Translations under genes and position numbers: made by a program
Notes under the pieces: model-generated
The model's database searches: none
Told to the model about the DNA's origin: nothing
Seen by the model: only the letters and a program-made list of their open reading frames with translations
Shown: positions 23,574 to 38,000 of the stretch, one piece after another
How the letters are laid out: each line of letters starts with the position of its first letter
How positions within the stretch are numbered: position 1 is the first letter of the stretch
NCBI GenBank assembly: GCA_012026655.1
Contig: JAAILG010000138.1
Coordinates: 1-64,000 of the forward strand
Source: Hydrolagus affinis
Taxonomy: Eukaryota
DNA: 64,000 nucleotides
Direction of reading: 5' to 3'

Positions 23574-23673
23574 NNNNNNNNNNNNNNNNNNNNNNNNNNN
23601 NNNNNNNNNNNNNNNNNNNNNNNNNNNNNNNNNNNNNNNNNNNNNNNNNNNNNNNNNNNNNNNNNNNNNNNNN
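23574..23673. other. Assembly gap (100 N)
   Basis: Run of exactly 100 N, typical of an unsized scaffold gap. Confidence 0.99.
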
Positions 23674-26202
23674 CCCCCACTCAAACACACATACACACAA
23701 TCCTAAGAAATGGCAATAGTTACTACTGGGTAGAGATAGCTATAATACTATTAGAAAAAATTAGAGGATCTATGCTTTATTTTGTGTTTTCCACTTAATG
23801 TTCATCACATCACAGAGAGAATGTGACTTCCTACTTTATTATTGTTAGTGGCAAACTTTCTTTGGAAAAACATTTGATCATTTGCTCGTTAAGAGACTGG
23901 CACAATGTAATTTCGAGTTGAATACCACAATTAGTATGGAGGGATAGGTGCAGAGTGAGCTGAATAAATTGTTCACAGGATTCACATGGTTTCCATGATG
24001 CTGGGGATAAAGAGTTCGGGAATGTTGTTTGAGGAGGGAAGGAGAACAGGGAGATTTGGAAATTAATGCATGAATACAGGGAAAACTGGCTATTGAATGG
24101 AGTCAATAAACTACCCTTTTTTTTTCCCCCTGCGAGGTATTCTGAATGTGTTTCAGAAGTTGGTCACTATCAGTTTCAAATGGGGGCAAAAACAAAATTG
24201 GGGGGAAAAAAGTCATCTTAACAGTGAGCTGCTGGTTAATGAGTTGAGGTACCCAAGGCTGTAATCTGCATTCAGAATATTTTTAGGTAACAGGGGGTAC
24301 CTATCTAAAATTACCTCCCTTCCACCCTGATATAATGTGTGGGGCAGAGGAAAGAGTGGGGATTAAAGGGTATTACAGTACTGTGCGGCACTATTCAACC
24401 TACCAAGCTGACCTCCTCCACAGGTATGTTATCAGATCATATCCCACCCAATCATTCCCTTGGGAAAAGTTATTACACTATATTTAGATACTCCTTGACC
24501 CCCACCCACCCCATCCCAATGTAGTTGAGCAAAAAAACTCAGCATAAGCATCACCAACACTTGATGGTAATATGTACTCTCAATGAGTTAAGCTTATACC
24601 CCACTTTCCTTCACAGAACATGAGAAGCGATTTCCTCTTTGCAAAATGAATCTGTCAGGCCATTGCATCCACAAACATTATTGTGTGCACAACTCCCAAC
24701 TTGTCACCTCATTAACTTCACTTTTTTTTTAAATTGGATTTCCATCGAATTTCAGAAAGAGCTTCCCTTTATCAAGAATCTGGCCTTGTTCCATATTCAA
24801 AGGTCCGTCCCACAAAGTAAATTTAATCTGCCTCTAATGAATGACTATTGGCCTTGGTGATTTTGATTTGAAATTCATTTCTGTATGTCTTTCTCACATC
24901 ACACGCAACCCTGTATTAATTGAAGCAAAAAATACCACCAAAACAATTTTCCGATTGAGTCTTTGGTTTATTCCTGACCTCCAAATACAGCCTCCAAAAC
25001 CGTACGCCTGCAAATAAACATTTGTAGACGTGGCTCTTGGGCTAAGCATACATTTAGAAATAGTGCACGAGTAGCAAAATAGCACAAACAGCTTTTGTGC
25101 TGGAATGATTGAAATATGTTTGCATTAAAACTCAACATTCTTGAAACAGGAATTGTTTATTTTGAAGCAATATCTAGATATCTGTGTGTGTTTTCCAGTG
25201 GCATTTCAGATACTTGATTCCTTTCCATATTTCATGCATTTCCATCGTTCCTCACAGAGCAATGTTTGTCAGTGTTGGACTGAAACTCTTTGCTGACTGT
25301 ATGACGACTTAGACATTTGTGCATAAGATTCTAGCTTCAAGCCGTCCCCAATAAGGCACGACTCCTTGCTCGCTGTGGCCCGTTGCCCAAGTGTCCATTC
25401 TTAATGTATGAGACGTGGCACTGAGTGCTGGCAGTCGATTCGAGTTTGAGAGATCTCAAAGCCAAGCCTGATTCTGACATGCACACACTTTCATGGGTAA
25501 GTGGACAGCGATCAAGGGAGAGAACCTTGGCTGATTTGTTTCTCTGCCAGCCCCGTGGCAACTTGGATGTCTCCACTAATTAATCCCTTTTTAATTAAAG
25601 ATGGGAAAATCTTCTATAATTTTCTCTTAATAAATATTGCAAATAAGTGGAAAGTACAAAAGTAATATAACAGAAAAATGAAGAATACAAAAAGCGAATG
25701 GAAGAACGACAGGACAAGTGCAGGTAAAGGTTTTGAAATGTTATGTTTATTTGTTTAATTGCAATAAAGCCTATCCTGCTATATAATTAAATCCTAGAGA
25801 AGCAGTTGGCCAATACAAACCAGTGTCTTAGGAACCCATGAAGGAGGTGGATTCTTGTTTGACCTCAATCGGTCATATCAACAGCAGTTAAATCAAAGGC
25901 CAATTACTCATGAAGAAAAAGGCTCCCTCCACCGCAGAAGAAGCAGGTGATTGCTTGTGGGAATGAGAAAGGATCGATTTTATATTTAAAACATGGTTGG
26001 GCTTCTGTTTTGTCACTCAGAAAATTGTATGTTAGATTTATTAACCGTGCAATATGGATGCTTTATTGGAGAGTGCATTCAACAAGCACAAATGCAAACA
26101 CTCCCTTGTTCTCCTCAGTTTTCATTTTGATCAACTGAATGTTGTACTGGAATTCTACAGGAAGCACAACGCTGTTTGTGCCAGTATTTTGCTGAGCAGC
26201 TT

Positions 26203-26219
26203 AGCGCCACCTGTACAGC
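26203..26219 (-). promoter_or_regulatory. Candidate CTCF-like site
   Basis: Reverse strand GCTGTACAGGTGGCGCT; the 3' half (CAGGTGGCGCT) matches the CTCF core. Confidence 0.35.
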
Positions 26220-26839
26220 TCCGCTGTTTTAGCAGCTTTACCTGAAATGTAGCAACAACAAATAATTACTGTTTAGATTTACTTTGATTAATGGGCAACA
26301 ACAACAACGCATAACAGCATAATGCATAACCAGCCTGGTCCTCACACTGTCTAATGTGTTTGCAAATCATTTCTCCGGGAATTAGCTTGTACATTTACAA
26401 CAAAATAGCTGATCCCTCTAATTATTTCTTTAAGACTCCACTTTGAAGTCAAATTATCAGGAGTGCAGATTAGTGCTGACAGCAATGTAAGGTTTGACAA
26501 CCGTCTGACAGTATAGGGTAATTACGGTGACTGTCACAAATGATGCAGATAGCATGGCAATTAGTAAGTGCAAGGACAGTGCCACACATCACTGATATAG
26601 TGAACTGAGGCACATTAAAATCCACATATTTGGAGAAATATTAAGACGCAACTTAATTAAGAGTGACTATCAATGAACCTTTTTGCGTAGCTCAGCACTA
26701 TATAAGATTTTATTTTTGATTACTTCAGTAATTGAACGCTATGTGTGTGTGTGTTTGTGTATGGATGTGTGCATGTATGTGGGAGCCTCCTTTTAATGTT
26801 CACACAAAAACCTAATGTCTATTTTTTAACAACTGCATC

Positions 26840-26915
26840 TGGACTCTTAACTAAGACTCTTAAACTTAAACTCTTTAATAGTTAGAGTTAAACTTAAATT
26901 CTTAAACTCTTAAAT
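26840..26915. repeat. Degenerate AT-rich minisatellite
   Basis: Repeated actcttaa/acttaa units: gactcttaactaagactcttaaacttaaactctttaa...aaacttaaattcttaaactcttaaa. Confidence 0.6.
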
Positions 26916-29900
26916 AGTTTTACTGTGAAACAATAGTTTTGATCATTTTATATAGAGAATACATATAATATTTAAAATAGTATATATACACACACACACA
27001 CATATTTAAGAGATTTAACTGCTTCATAAGATGTTGGGACAATCTGGGACCCTTTTTTTCACTACAATGAGTTATATCGAGTTACATTGGACAGAAAAAG
27101 GCCAACTAGTCTGTGCTGGTGTTTATACTTCATGCAAGCCCCCATCTCTCCTATTTCCCATAGTGGCACCTCACTATTCCCTGAACCCTCATGTCAGGGT
27201 TGCACATAGATTTGCCTCATCAGCTGCAAAGCTGCAATGGTGATTTTGACTGGCAGCAGGTGTGACTTTCAATCAGAGGTCCAGATTCTGAGGCACCACA
27301 GAGTGTTGGTGTTGAACTGAATGAACCACACCTGGGAGCTTGGCAATGTGCTAGTTGAAAAAAATGAGCATCATTTTCTGGAATAATGGCAATGAGAAGA
27401 GAGCGAGGCCAAGTCTCTGGAAGTCAAAAGTGTCCAAATACTAGCTTCACTGGAACCAAACAATTGTGAGGACTGACATTGAAAAGCTGCCGAGATTGAA
27501 GGCTGATGCAGACGCCTGAAAATCAAGGAATACGGTAAAGAAAATGCCACTGAAAGAGTTTAGCAGTTGTCTTATCATTTGTATTTCTTTTCAAATTTAA
27601 CTCAGAGTAAGAGACTCTTTTTCTTATTTGCTACCATTTGTAAGTAGGCCTTCACATGTCAAGGTGATAAAGAATTTACAAAACAGTGAGTTATGTCAAC
27701 TATCACATTGTGTGTGTTTTGATATTCATTAGTACAAGTGTTGATTACCTCGCTTTCCTTTAGAGGAAATGAACGACCGCAAAGGCAAAACCTTTGGGAG
27801 GAATGGAGGAGGTGTTTTGCATCTTGATTTATTTTTCCATCCTTTTCCTACCCCATAAATAGAAACACATCACAAGGCTCCATTCCAACAATGCTTTACT
27901 CTGTAATAATCAGCATTTGTATTTGTTTTTCATTAAATATCAATTGGGGGCAATTTTCTTCCTGTCTGTAAAATTTACGTGTGAATAGTGACAGGAGGTG
28001 ATTGGAGTTTTGGTGGTGCAGACAATTTGTCTGTTTAAAATAGAAGTTGCAATTTTCCACCTAGTGGTTTGCAAACACCTTGTTAAAAAAGCAATTAAAG
28101 CATTTAATTGATGCTGGAAGCCAATTAAACTGGGAAATCTGCAATTTTCTGGCGTCTCTGAGGCTTGTGAGTGTTGAATCGTGGTCTAAGAAGCCACAAA
28201 GAAGACATGCATTTATAGCACTGCTGCAGATTGTACAGGGATTTCAGTATTGGGCAATGGGCCATGCCTCAGTTTTATTAGTGTAACTGCATTTAGCAAA
28301 CACTTTGGCGACTATATACACCGTATATATGTGACTATCTATAGGACAGCCCCTTCACGATACCATTGTCTGAGTACAGTGTCTCAAGTCCATGTTATAA
28401 TGAAAAATAGCTGGATTCCAGATCATAAGTTTTCATGTAAGACCTTTCCTGTGCTCTATCCCTTCTCAAGCCAACAGTGTCTACATATCCCACATTGATG
28501 CAGCACAAAACTCACTTAATTCAACTGTTCGGTTATTGAGATTCACACAACGGATTTTTTATTTTCCAATAGTGCAACAAAGCCTCTCAGTGAACAACCT
28601 TGCTTAATTTTAAGTGCTGATTATCTGCTGTAAAGAGGTGAAAGATGAAATGTTTTGAGAAAAAGGCAGAGTGACTACATTAAACTATTTGGATACTATC
28701 TCACAACCTTGCCTAACCTACCCCAGAAATCTAGTAGGATCTACGGATAGAAATTTGAAATATTAAAGAAATTGGCTGCAAAGGGAGCAAAATCTACCTA
28801 TTTTTTTAAAAAAATCATAAATCAATATTGATGGGGTAGAATTGCTTCTATAGCAGTGAGCTTGCACACACTTCACATCCACATAACTGCATGGACATGT
28901 GTGAGGAATTTTGTCCTGCAAATGTACTGGATCAAAAATATAAGGGATTTTTGCACATTTTCCTACTATTGTGGAAATTGAACCAGGCACTCACCAAAAC
29001 AGTGAAAAATCTTGTATGCTGCCCAGTAGTTTAGCAATAAATAGACTAAGTTACATTTTGTTGGGGGGAGACTGGGCTGCTTTGAAATCTAATGCTCGAT
29101 GAGGGTTAATTGTATAAGTTATCAAAACCCTTAATCTGCAGTGTTCCGTTAGTGAACACCAACATGCAGTGACGTGTTAAACTCTGAAATAAATGTTGTT
29201 TGGTAAAAGTTTATCCCAAACGCGTTTAAATTTTCGACCACTTGCATTTGCAATCTGCTCGTTTGTAAGGCTGCAAATGGGTGAAACTGACTGGCCTCTC
29301 ACCCTTCAAAAATCTGGTGCCAATTCCCACATCTAGATTACGGTTACTGCAGAAATGATTGCAGTGGTTTCATTCTGGCTTGCTCTGCAGCAACGAAGCA
29401 ACTGTGGATAAATGAGCTGTGGTACAGTATCTTTAATTCCTCCCTGTGGATCTCTTCCCTGATCTCTGGGGTAGTTTTGTAAAGTGCAGTGAGATAAAGG
29501 CCAAATAGTTCACCTGTCCAGGCCCACTAACAACACAGCCCATCACAGCAATTGCATAACGTTACCAGGGGCAGCGAGAAACATTCTTTAGCTTCATTTT
29601 ACACCGATTCGTTCCACTTTATTGCAGACAGTGGGCTGAGAAAGCAGCATAGACAGTGATCCGAAAGTAAATATGGTTGTTTACTCAATGCTCAATCAAA
29701 TAAAATTAATGTTTTTTTTATTGAAAGAGAACTATTTCACAGTTTTGTTTATTGATCACTGCTGGATGCTTAATGTTAATAGTCTATTTCTATGTGCATC
29801 TACAAATAGCATGTAGTTTTATGCAACATCAATTTGACACTTTCAAGTTGGTAAATGGGAAGATTTATATTGTACATTACTTCGGAAAACCTGACTGCTT

Positions 29901-32900
29901 CAGACCTTTTAATGATGCACGTGAGACTTCCTTCAGCCATTCACCATAAATAGAGGAGTTCACGAAATGTAAATGAAGAGGGGAGTGAACTGGAGTTAAT
30001 GGCAATGGTATACAGTATATACCATGTTTGTTCTCGCTATTTATGCCAGCTTTCCTTATCATGACGAGGGCCCGTGGCTAATGCAATGCATGCACTTAAT
30101 TTAGGATGATGTTGATGTAAGCAATAAAGGTTTTTTTTAAGAGTCAGTCGGGAGATGTGTGCACGCAGAAACCCCAGATCACATTAATGTCTGCTAGAAG
30201 TCTCAAAGCGCTTCACAGAGTACACTGTGAACAAGTGAATTGACTCTGTTTTGGAGGTGAACAGTCCTAATCCTTGGCAATATACTACCCCTACAAGAAT
30301 TATTGTTGAAATCCACTGTGCTGAAAGATTTATGACCAATTACCACCGCAGCTGTACCTCAACTGTGCACACTATATATATTTCTAAGATGACTTTTAAA
30401 TATTTTCACTGTGTAAATTTGTAAAACGCACGAACAGAAATGAGTTGCAAATTAAGACACAGAAAGGAAGCTGCCATCGATGAAACAAAAAGATCACCTC
30501 AGGAAATATGTGCACATCATTAAACTTTTAAGAAATGCCAAGAATTATGAATTTCACCGCTGGAAAGGTTCCATAATCTATTTGAATGTTGAGCACTCTG
30601 GCTGAGAAGCAATTGTGGGTATTTGCATATGTCTTCTGTGGAAAATGTCAGCCCATTTTGATGAACTATTTGCCACAGCTGTATTTGTCACCTTCAACTC
30701 GTTGCAGCGTGTCGAGCAATCACTGGCATGTAGACCTTGACACAATTCCCGACTGTGTGGGACAATATGCAAATACCTGATAATACCAAGCTGTTAGGGC
30801 ACTAATGCTGTCTGTGAGAATCCATTAATCAGTACAGAATTCAGTTTTTTTTTACTTTGGCAGGTTTCGATGCCTAAATTTTGCACAAAGAAATTTCAAA
30901 CAATTAAATCAATAGGTAAGCAAAGCACATTGAGGACACTGTTTCAGTGTAATATTAAATAATATTAACATTAAATAATGTTAACACACCCAGGTTTAAT
31001 TGAAGCTTGAACCTTTCTTGAAGAAACGTAATAATGAATACATGTAGCGTCATATTTAACAAGACAATATGTAGTACCTGCCTGTCAGAATGGTAGTTAT
31101 TGAGACATCTCAGACAAGACGTGATGAGGTGCAATATCAAATGCAAGTTTTTATTATTATTATTGGACAACACCTGGAATTGTATGTCAATTATCGCTCA
31201 TCTTCAAGTAAATAAACTTCACATAATACCTTTCTTTGCTCTGAGTTGCTGAATCTCCTTTTCTCTGGTTCTGAGACGAGGGTGCTTTGCACCTTTGTTT
31301 ACAATTAAAACCTGGAGTTGATGCTTTTTTTCTGATTTACGGACCTAGGTTTCAGTGAAATGATTTGATTCTGATTCCAATACCCAGCCAAATAGATGAA
31401 ACAATAACAAAATCACATTTGTATAGCGCCTTTCACGTCGGGAGAATGTCCCAAGGCGTTGAACCTGAATTTGGTCATTTCATTTGGAAACCCATGGGGG
31501 TGGGGGGGAGGGGAGGGGGCAAAGAGATAGCACAAGTTTTTTTCTCCCACCCCTCCACTTTGAAATGTGAAGTCAAGGCACGTTTGTGGGGGTAAGGATG
31601 ATTGGTTGGGAGTGCTTAATATCTGAGATTTAGCTATCCGACTCCTCGAACTGATCTGGGAGCAAAGAGAGAAACGGCTTTGTTCCCAACACTTCAGCTT
31701 CTCACCTTGATGAGCACCCACCCATGCATGATGATTGTGTTCAGAGTCTTCATATTCACACAAAAGCCTTGTATCGTTTATTTTCATTAATGTGTTCGTC
31801 AAAATGTACATGCATTACATATTACCACAGATAATTTGACTATGCACGCATTCATCAACGTACGGCACCAAGTTCTCTGAGCATTCCCGTCTGCCCGGGC
31901 TGTATCATTGATTTATAATTGCCGTTATCCATCACTGATTTTCCTGTTATTGGCTGTCCTTGCGAGCAGTGGGGTATCTGCTATGATAAATGACATTCAA
32001 CGAAGATCAATGCTTTATAATACAAGAAGCAATCGTGTCATTTGAATTTAGGAGCAGAATCTGCAACTGAGCGGAACTGTGTGGCTGAGCTGTGTGTTTC
32101 TCAAAGAATGAGACAACTTTCCTATTTTTTGTAGACCTTAATTTTCGATCTGTTTATGGTCTCCGGCTGATGTACTTAGGTTTTTTAGCGATCTTTTTAA
32201 TTTTTTACCAGAGTGGTTCGAATGAATTTCTGTTTTGTGCAAACCTTGGAAGGGCAGGGAGTCTAATATTGCAACAGATAAGGAGAGTCAGGTCTTCTGA
32301 TAACCAGAAGCCATCATCAGTGTCCCCATGGATCACCTTGACCTTTTCCAAATTCAAAAAGCCCCTTTGAAATAGACGCATATAAAGGCTTGCTTTTCAT
32401 CCTTTTCCTCTTTTAAAGAACACAAACACATAGAACAAAAATAATCCAGCCAATCAAGCCCTCTACCTACTTTTGTAGATTGTGCCAAATCTACCTCAAT
32501 TGTTAAAGTGTCCCACCAATTTATCTCCTTACATAGGTAATCTCGTTCAAGTGTTTGCTTCACTTGTATCAAGAATACAAATGGATTGCATCCTTCTCTT
32601 TACCTTCCTTTCCCATCTCTTTCACTTTGTTGCTGTATTTTCTACAAGGTGGGTTCCACAATCTGTTTCTTTGTTCTGATGCTCAATTAGTTTCTGCAGT
32701 TATTTTTGAACTTTTAAAGCTATTGTTCTTCAAGCGCTTTGATTCTGTGAGTGCAATAAGCACCACATTTGTTTTGTTTTTCTCCCTTAGTCTACATCAT
32801 TCAAGCGTTGCAGTTTTGTGAGATTGCTGTTTGCGTGTCTTGTTGGTTTCCGACAATTCTATGAAGTTTGAAACTATTGTTCCTCCAGACTCGGGCAATA

Positions 32901-34877
32901 ATCATTTCAACTTTCAACTATTGCAAAATTCTGGGGAAAATCTCATAAGCTTGAAACCAGTCCTGTTTTTTTGTAAGGCAATGTTTTTTTTGCTATAAAT
33001 TGATTTTTGTTTAATGAAAAACCCCCTGATTTTAGGCACATCTCCAGCCTATAGATACTGAAATCAATACTGACTCCCGAGAGTTGATCTATTTCAATTC
33101 AGCATGGATGGGAATCAACGCTGGGAACTTCCAAAATGCCTCAATGTCACCCCATGCAATGCATTTATTTATACACTGAGCCACCAAGGGAGTTCATTTA
33201 TGAATTTTGGGTGCAGGCCATTGGTCATGCACATGTGATTGGCTTTTTAAAATTCTTACTACATCTTTTAGTTAAAGTTCTATATCATTGAATCAATCAG
33301 TGGTCACGCTTTTGATTATGGTCTGTCACAAAATCCTAGGAAACTTTCCAAGCTGGTTTAAACTTGTTGTACTCTAGTATCCGGTAATCTATCGACTCCT
33401 CCATGGGTTGTGTCCTGAAGTTGGTGGGGGGTGAGAGATGTTGCTATTCCATTTGTTAATAGCCAATTTTTGGGCAGCCATGAAGATTTAATTTACCAAT
33501 ATAGCATGAGCTGGATTTTGTGTTGCACAGAAACACAGTAGAGCATGAAATGAAACACCTGTAATTGAATCCCAATGATGTGGGGCTCTATAAGCAGTAA
33601 TACTAAAGAATTTTGTGTTAACCAAACTTTTCAGGACAGAACTCAGAAAAAAATGGTAGTCAATTTAAAGTGCATCAATGAAACAATTCACCTTTTCAAA
33701 ATCTTTCCTTCCATTCAATTACAATGACACAGAAGGTGTGTACCTTCATTTGATCTACCCACAAAATATACAGTCCATAAACTTTACAGTGTTTCCTGTG
33801 AAGTGATTTGACACCTCTCGAAGAAGTGATAAGGCATTATATCAAGTGCAAGGATTATCACCATGAAGCCAATAGTCATTGATGTTATGACCGTCAATAT
33901 ATGAATGGCTTGTTTATTCATTATTGATTTTGATCCCAAAACGTACAGCAACTTGGATAATCTTGATGTGCTGACAATATATCAAATGCAAGGATTATTA
34001 TTACTATTAATATTAGGCTAGAGTGGGAAGAAAATATAGAAGGAATTTTGATTGAAGATGGAGACAGTTGAAGCCTAGAGAGAGGGCAAAGATGAGAGAA
34101 TGATCCCTATCTTTGTTTTTTTTGCATCCTTTCCAGAAATACATGTGGGTATGTGGTTTTATTCATGTTTGTTTAATAACATTTGAAAAGTTCCTCCATA
34201 TCTCTGATTCTTTTTAAGTCTTTAAAGCAATACTTCTGAGGATGAACAGCCTATCAGACCTTCCTCCCTCTCTCTTCCTCCCCAAATAATTTAATGATGA
34301 GTAATATCAATGACAAGTCATTGTGAATAATTCTGAGCTGTTCCTGCTGTCAGTAATTGATGGAGTTCCATTAACTGTACGTATCTGTGCACACTGTTAA
34401 ATTGAGAAAGCTGTTCCCTGGGTACAGTCCGTAAAAACATCATTAATTTAGAAGCAAACTGTCCAGTGAATTATTTACCAAACGAATAAAAATGCTATCA
34501 TTTGTCAAGCGATTACACAGCGGTACCCAACAATAAGACCGATATCAATAATGTATTTCCCGGTTTCTATTTAATTTAATTTATTTTTCAACAAATGCTT
34601 TGCATTTATATTTTAAGATTGCCTCTTAAATGCTGTGGTGCGCAATGAATCATTTATTTTTGATCGTGAGTTCAAGGCTTGTGACGCCTCTTCCTATGTG
34701 TTCAAGCTTTACAATAGTTCATTGCCGAGCTGTGTTCCTGTGTTGGTTCCACTACTCGTCCACCCAATGTTAGATTCCATACTCCTTTGCTAAAGGTTCT
34801 CTAACTAAACGGTTGGTTAGTTTGTCCAGACTCCGTTCTTGCCAGATCAAATTACAGATATCAACCGTCAAAGCTTC

Positions 34878-35012
34878 CACTCTCTCTGTCTCTTCCCCCA
34901 CCCACCCCTCTCTCTCCCCACTTTTTCTCTCTGCCCTCCCCTCTCTCTCTCTGCGTCTCCCTCTCCCTCTCTACCCGTCTCTCCCTCTCTCAGACCCCTG
35001 TCTTTCTCTCTT
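34878..35012. repeat. CT-rich low-complexity (polypyrimidine) tract
   Basis: ctctctctgtctcttccccca...ctctctctctctgcgtctccctctccctctct. Confidence 0.85.
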
Positions 35013-38000
35013 CATTGTCGTAAGGAAAAAGGAACAAACATAATATTCTGGATTGGATTTGAACACATTAGATTGAATTGTGTTTCCACCATTTGTCCAG
35101 CTAAGTAACTGCTAGAGAGCTTGCGTCTCAAGATGCTGTCAAGCTTCATGTCATCTGTTTTTGATCAGGAGAATTGGCTAATATCACTGAAGTTATCTGA
35201 AACTCTTAAGATCCTAAACTGATCCCACTGCTGCATAAACTATCATATATCAATGAGCTATGCTTATTGCTGCATTTATGTTATAATACAAATGGTATCA
35301 CTGTCTCCAAACCCAGTGACTCTGGAGGGGCCAATGTCTGAATGCAAACTTTAATGTGGGGGAGAGCAGTGTTCCTTCATACAGAAGTTGATCTGCTGCA
35401 CTCTGCTGCATTGCAAGTCATGAATTACGCCTTCGTTTTCAAAGCATGGAGAAAATGTTGTCTTTTGTGGCTCAGACATTTGTTAAAAGTATTATTTCTG
35501 CAGCCGACACACCAACAATGATGCAGCACGAAAGTAGCTTCGCTGGCTGCATGATTGCTTTCTTCCAACAGTCTGATTAAATGAAGTCTTGCAAAAACTG
35601 TCGCAGTGACTATACTGCCCTTTTTTTTTTAGCATGTTTTCACTGCAGAGCAAAATTGGACAAATATGTGGGCAGATGGTGTGAAACATTTATTTGGAAA
35701 GAACTCTCTCCATCTGAAGAGCGAGCATTGTATCATGTGCCCAGTACCAAAGAATTACAACTGTGCTCATTCTACATTCACTTTTGCCTCCACCACCCCC
35801 ACCCCATCCCCTCCATCCCCCATTCTCTAGCTTCTAGTTTATGATCCAGATTTGGAACTGTGGAAGATTTTCCTACTTGTGCTGCATTAGCAGAGATTGG
35901 GCAACTCACTATAGACCGAACCTGGGGACCTTCTGTCCTGTATGGCTCAGCTGTGTTTCCGCACAAACAGTTTAAAATTAATCTGTTTAATTCCCATGTA
36001 ATAGCATTTGTATAAACAAAACAAATTACTATATTGTCTGTAATACGCTCAATTTAATACTAATAAAGTCTGTTAATTGAGGTGCACTGGTGGAAATGAA
36101 ATTAGCCTGTTTATCATAACCATCTCCATTTAGCAAAACCCATTAAGAGTGATTGAAAGATGGTGGCAATTGATTGATGACTGAGAATACTTCCCCAGTA
36201 AAGGATTTCACACCTCTATTAACTGAAGCTGCATCAGTCATAATTAGAAATGTAATTTCCATTACGCCTTTTGCAGTGACTTAATTGTCTCCTTTATTTT
36301 TCTCTCACTCTCTCATAAAATTGGATGAAAGTAAAAAATAATTTAATTGAGCTCCTCTGCATATTTTAAATCCTTGTTTCAAAAGATGTATTTTCAGTAT
36401 TTTCTTTTTCTGCCTCATTGTGGAAGCATTCACCGACATCTGCGGTGGCGAAATAGGTTGGTTATTTAATCTTTTGTTTCAGAACAACATTTTGATGAAC
36501 TGATGCTTGAATTCTGATAATTCCGGCAAACAAAGGAAATCTATAGAGCAAAATAACTGTGTGAGTCGCTGAGAGACTAAAGACTAAACCTCCTGTGGCT
36601 GGGGTCTGGCAGTTGTACAAACATTCTACACTACAGGAATTTTTTTTCTCTCTCTCTCACAAATGTAAACTGAACAGACATCCTGAAATGGAACCAGCAC
36701 CATTCGACTGCAAGATTGTTGATCAGTGGACTCGGGGATTAATCAAAAGCTGACCCTTGGAATTTATAATTAATTTTATTTTATATTCAAGAAGGCAGGA
36801 GTGAAACATGCCCTGCCAATCTGTTACTGATGCAGATTATTTTCGGTAGATTTCAGTCTCCTGTAAGGTACTCCTATATTGTGAACAGCTTTTTCTAGGT
36901 TAAGTATTTAGCGTCTTTGCTGTATCCTCAGCAACTGGACTTCAGCAAAAAATCTAGTATGAAAATGATGCTTCGCTTTTTTGTTCTGACCTGTGCATAG
37001 AGGAAGAATTGTAATGCAAGATTATTCTACAATATTGGCTTTTTCTGTAGGGCTTTTCCTGTTTGACTTTTCTTGTGGTTCCTGAGGTTCTGTTTCTTTT
37101 GTCTCTTTGCATTAACTCGCGCTCGCTCTTCACCTCCTCCTCTGACCTTTACCGCGTCTTTTTCTTACTTTCACTTGCCTAGGTTGGTATCTTCTGCACC
37201 CCACGATAATAATCATCAATGTAGCTGACCACAAAGCCATGGCAGTGATTGACTGAGATTCTCAAAGAAAACTGCCAGTCTTGCAAATTTTCTCAGAGAA
37301 TCTCAAAGTCATTTGCATACTTCCTCTGGTGTGCTGGAAAGCCTCACATAAGAAACGCTTCCTTTATTTACTTTGTGAGTGCTTCCCATAGAATACAGGG
37401 TTCCTTGGGGAAATGCAACAGCATCGGAATTGTAAGTTAAACAGTTGTGGCCTGCATTGCACATAGACTGGACTCTGAGAACTCAATCTCCAGGTAGCAG
37501 AATCTCATTGCACTTTTGTGTATTGTGTGTAGCTGTTTTTGTCACTGAGGATTAACACGTCCACATCAATCCCATGCCCAGCCTCTTTAGAGATCTCTTT
37601 AGATTCAATGGCTTGAGAGCCTTGAGAGTCCTTCACTGAACCAATTCCTGGTATTAAAAAGGTTAGGAAATAATGGTGTACCGTACCTCCAGGTTTGGTC
37701 AAACCCAGCGACCAGCTTTGTGTTCCACAGGCGGAACAATTGTACAGTAATTATTTCAATAGTTTCAACAACAACAACAACAAAATTACATTTGAGTAGT
37801 GCCTTTGAAGTCGGGAGGATGTCCCAAGGTGCTGAATCACCCTTAAGGCACAAGTTATTAAGCTTCCGTGCCCAGTTATCTATGTAAAGCATATTGAGAC
37901 ATTCCCCCACTCCTCTTCTCCCAGGTTGAAAAAAGTGCTATGTTGTATTGTAAATTTTATTGTAACAGAGTGAACGATAAGAGAATGACGAGGGCATCAT

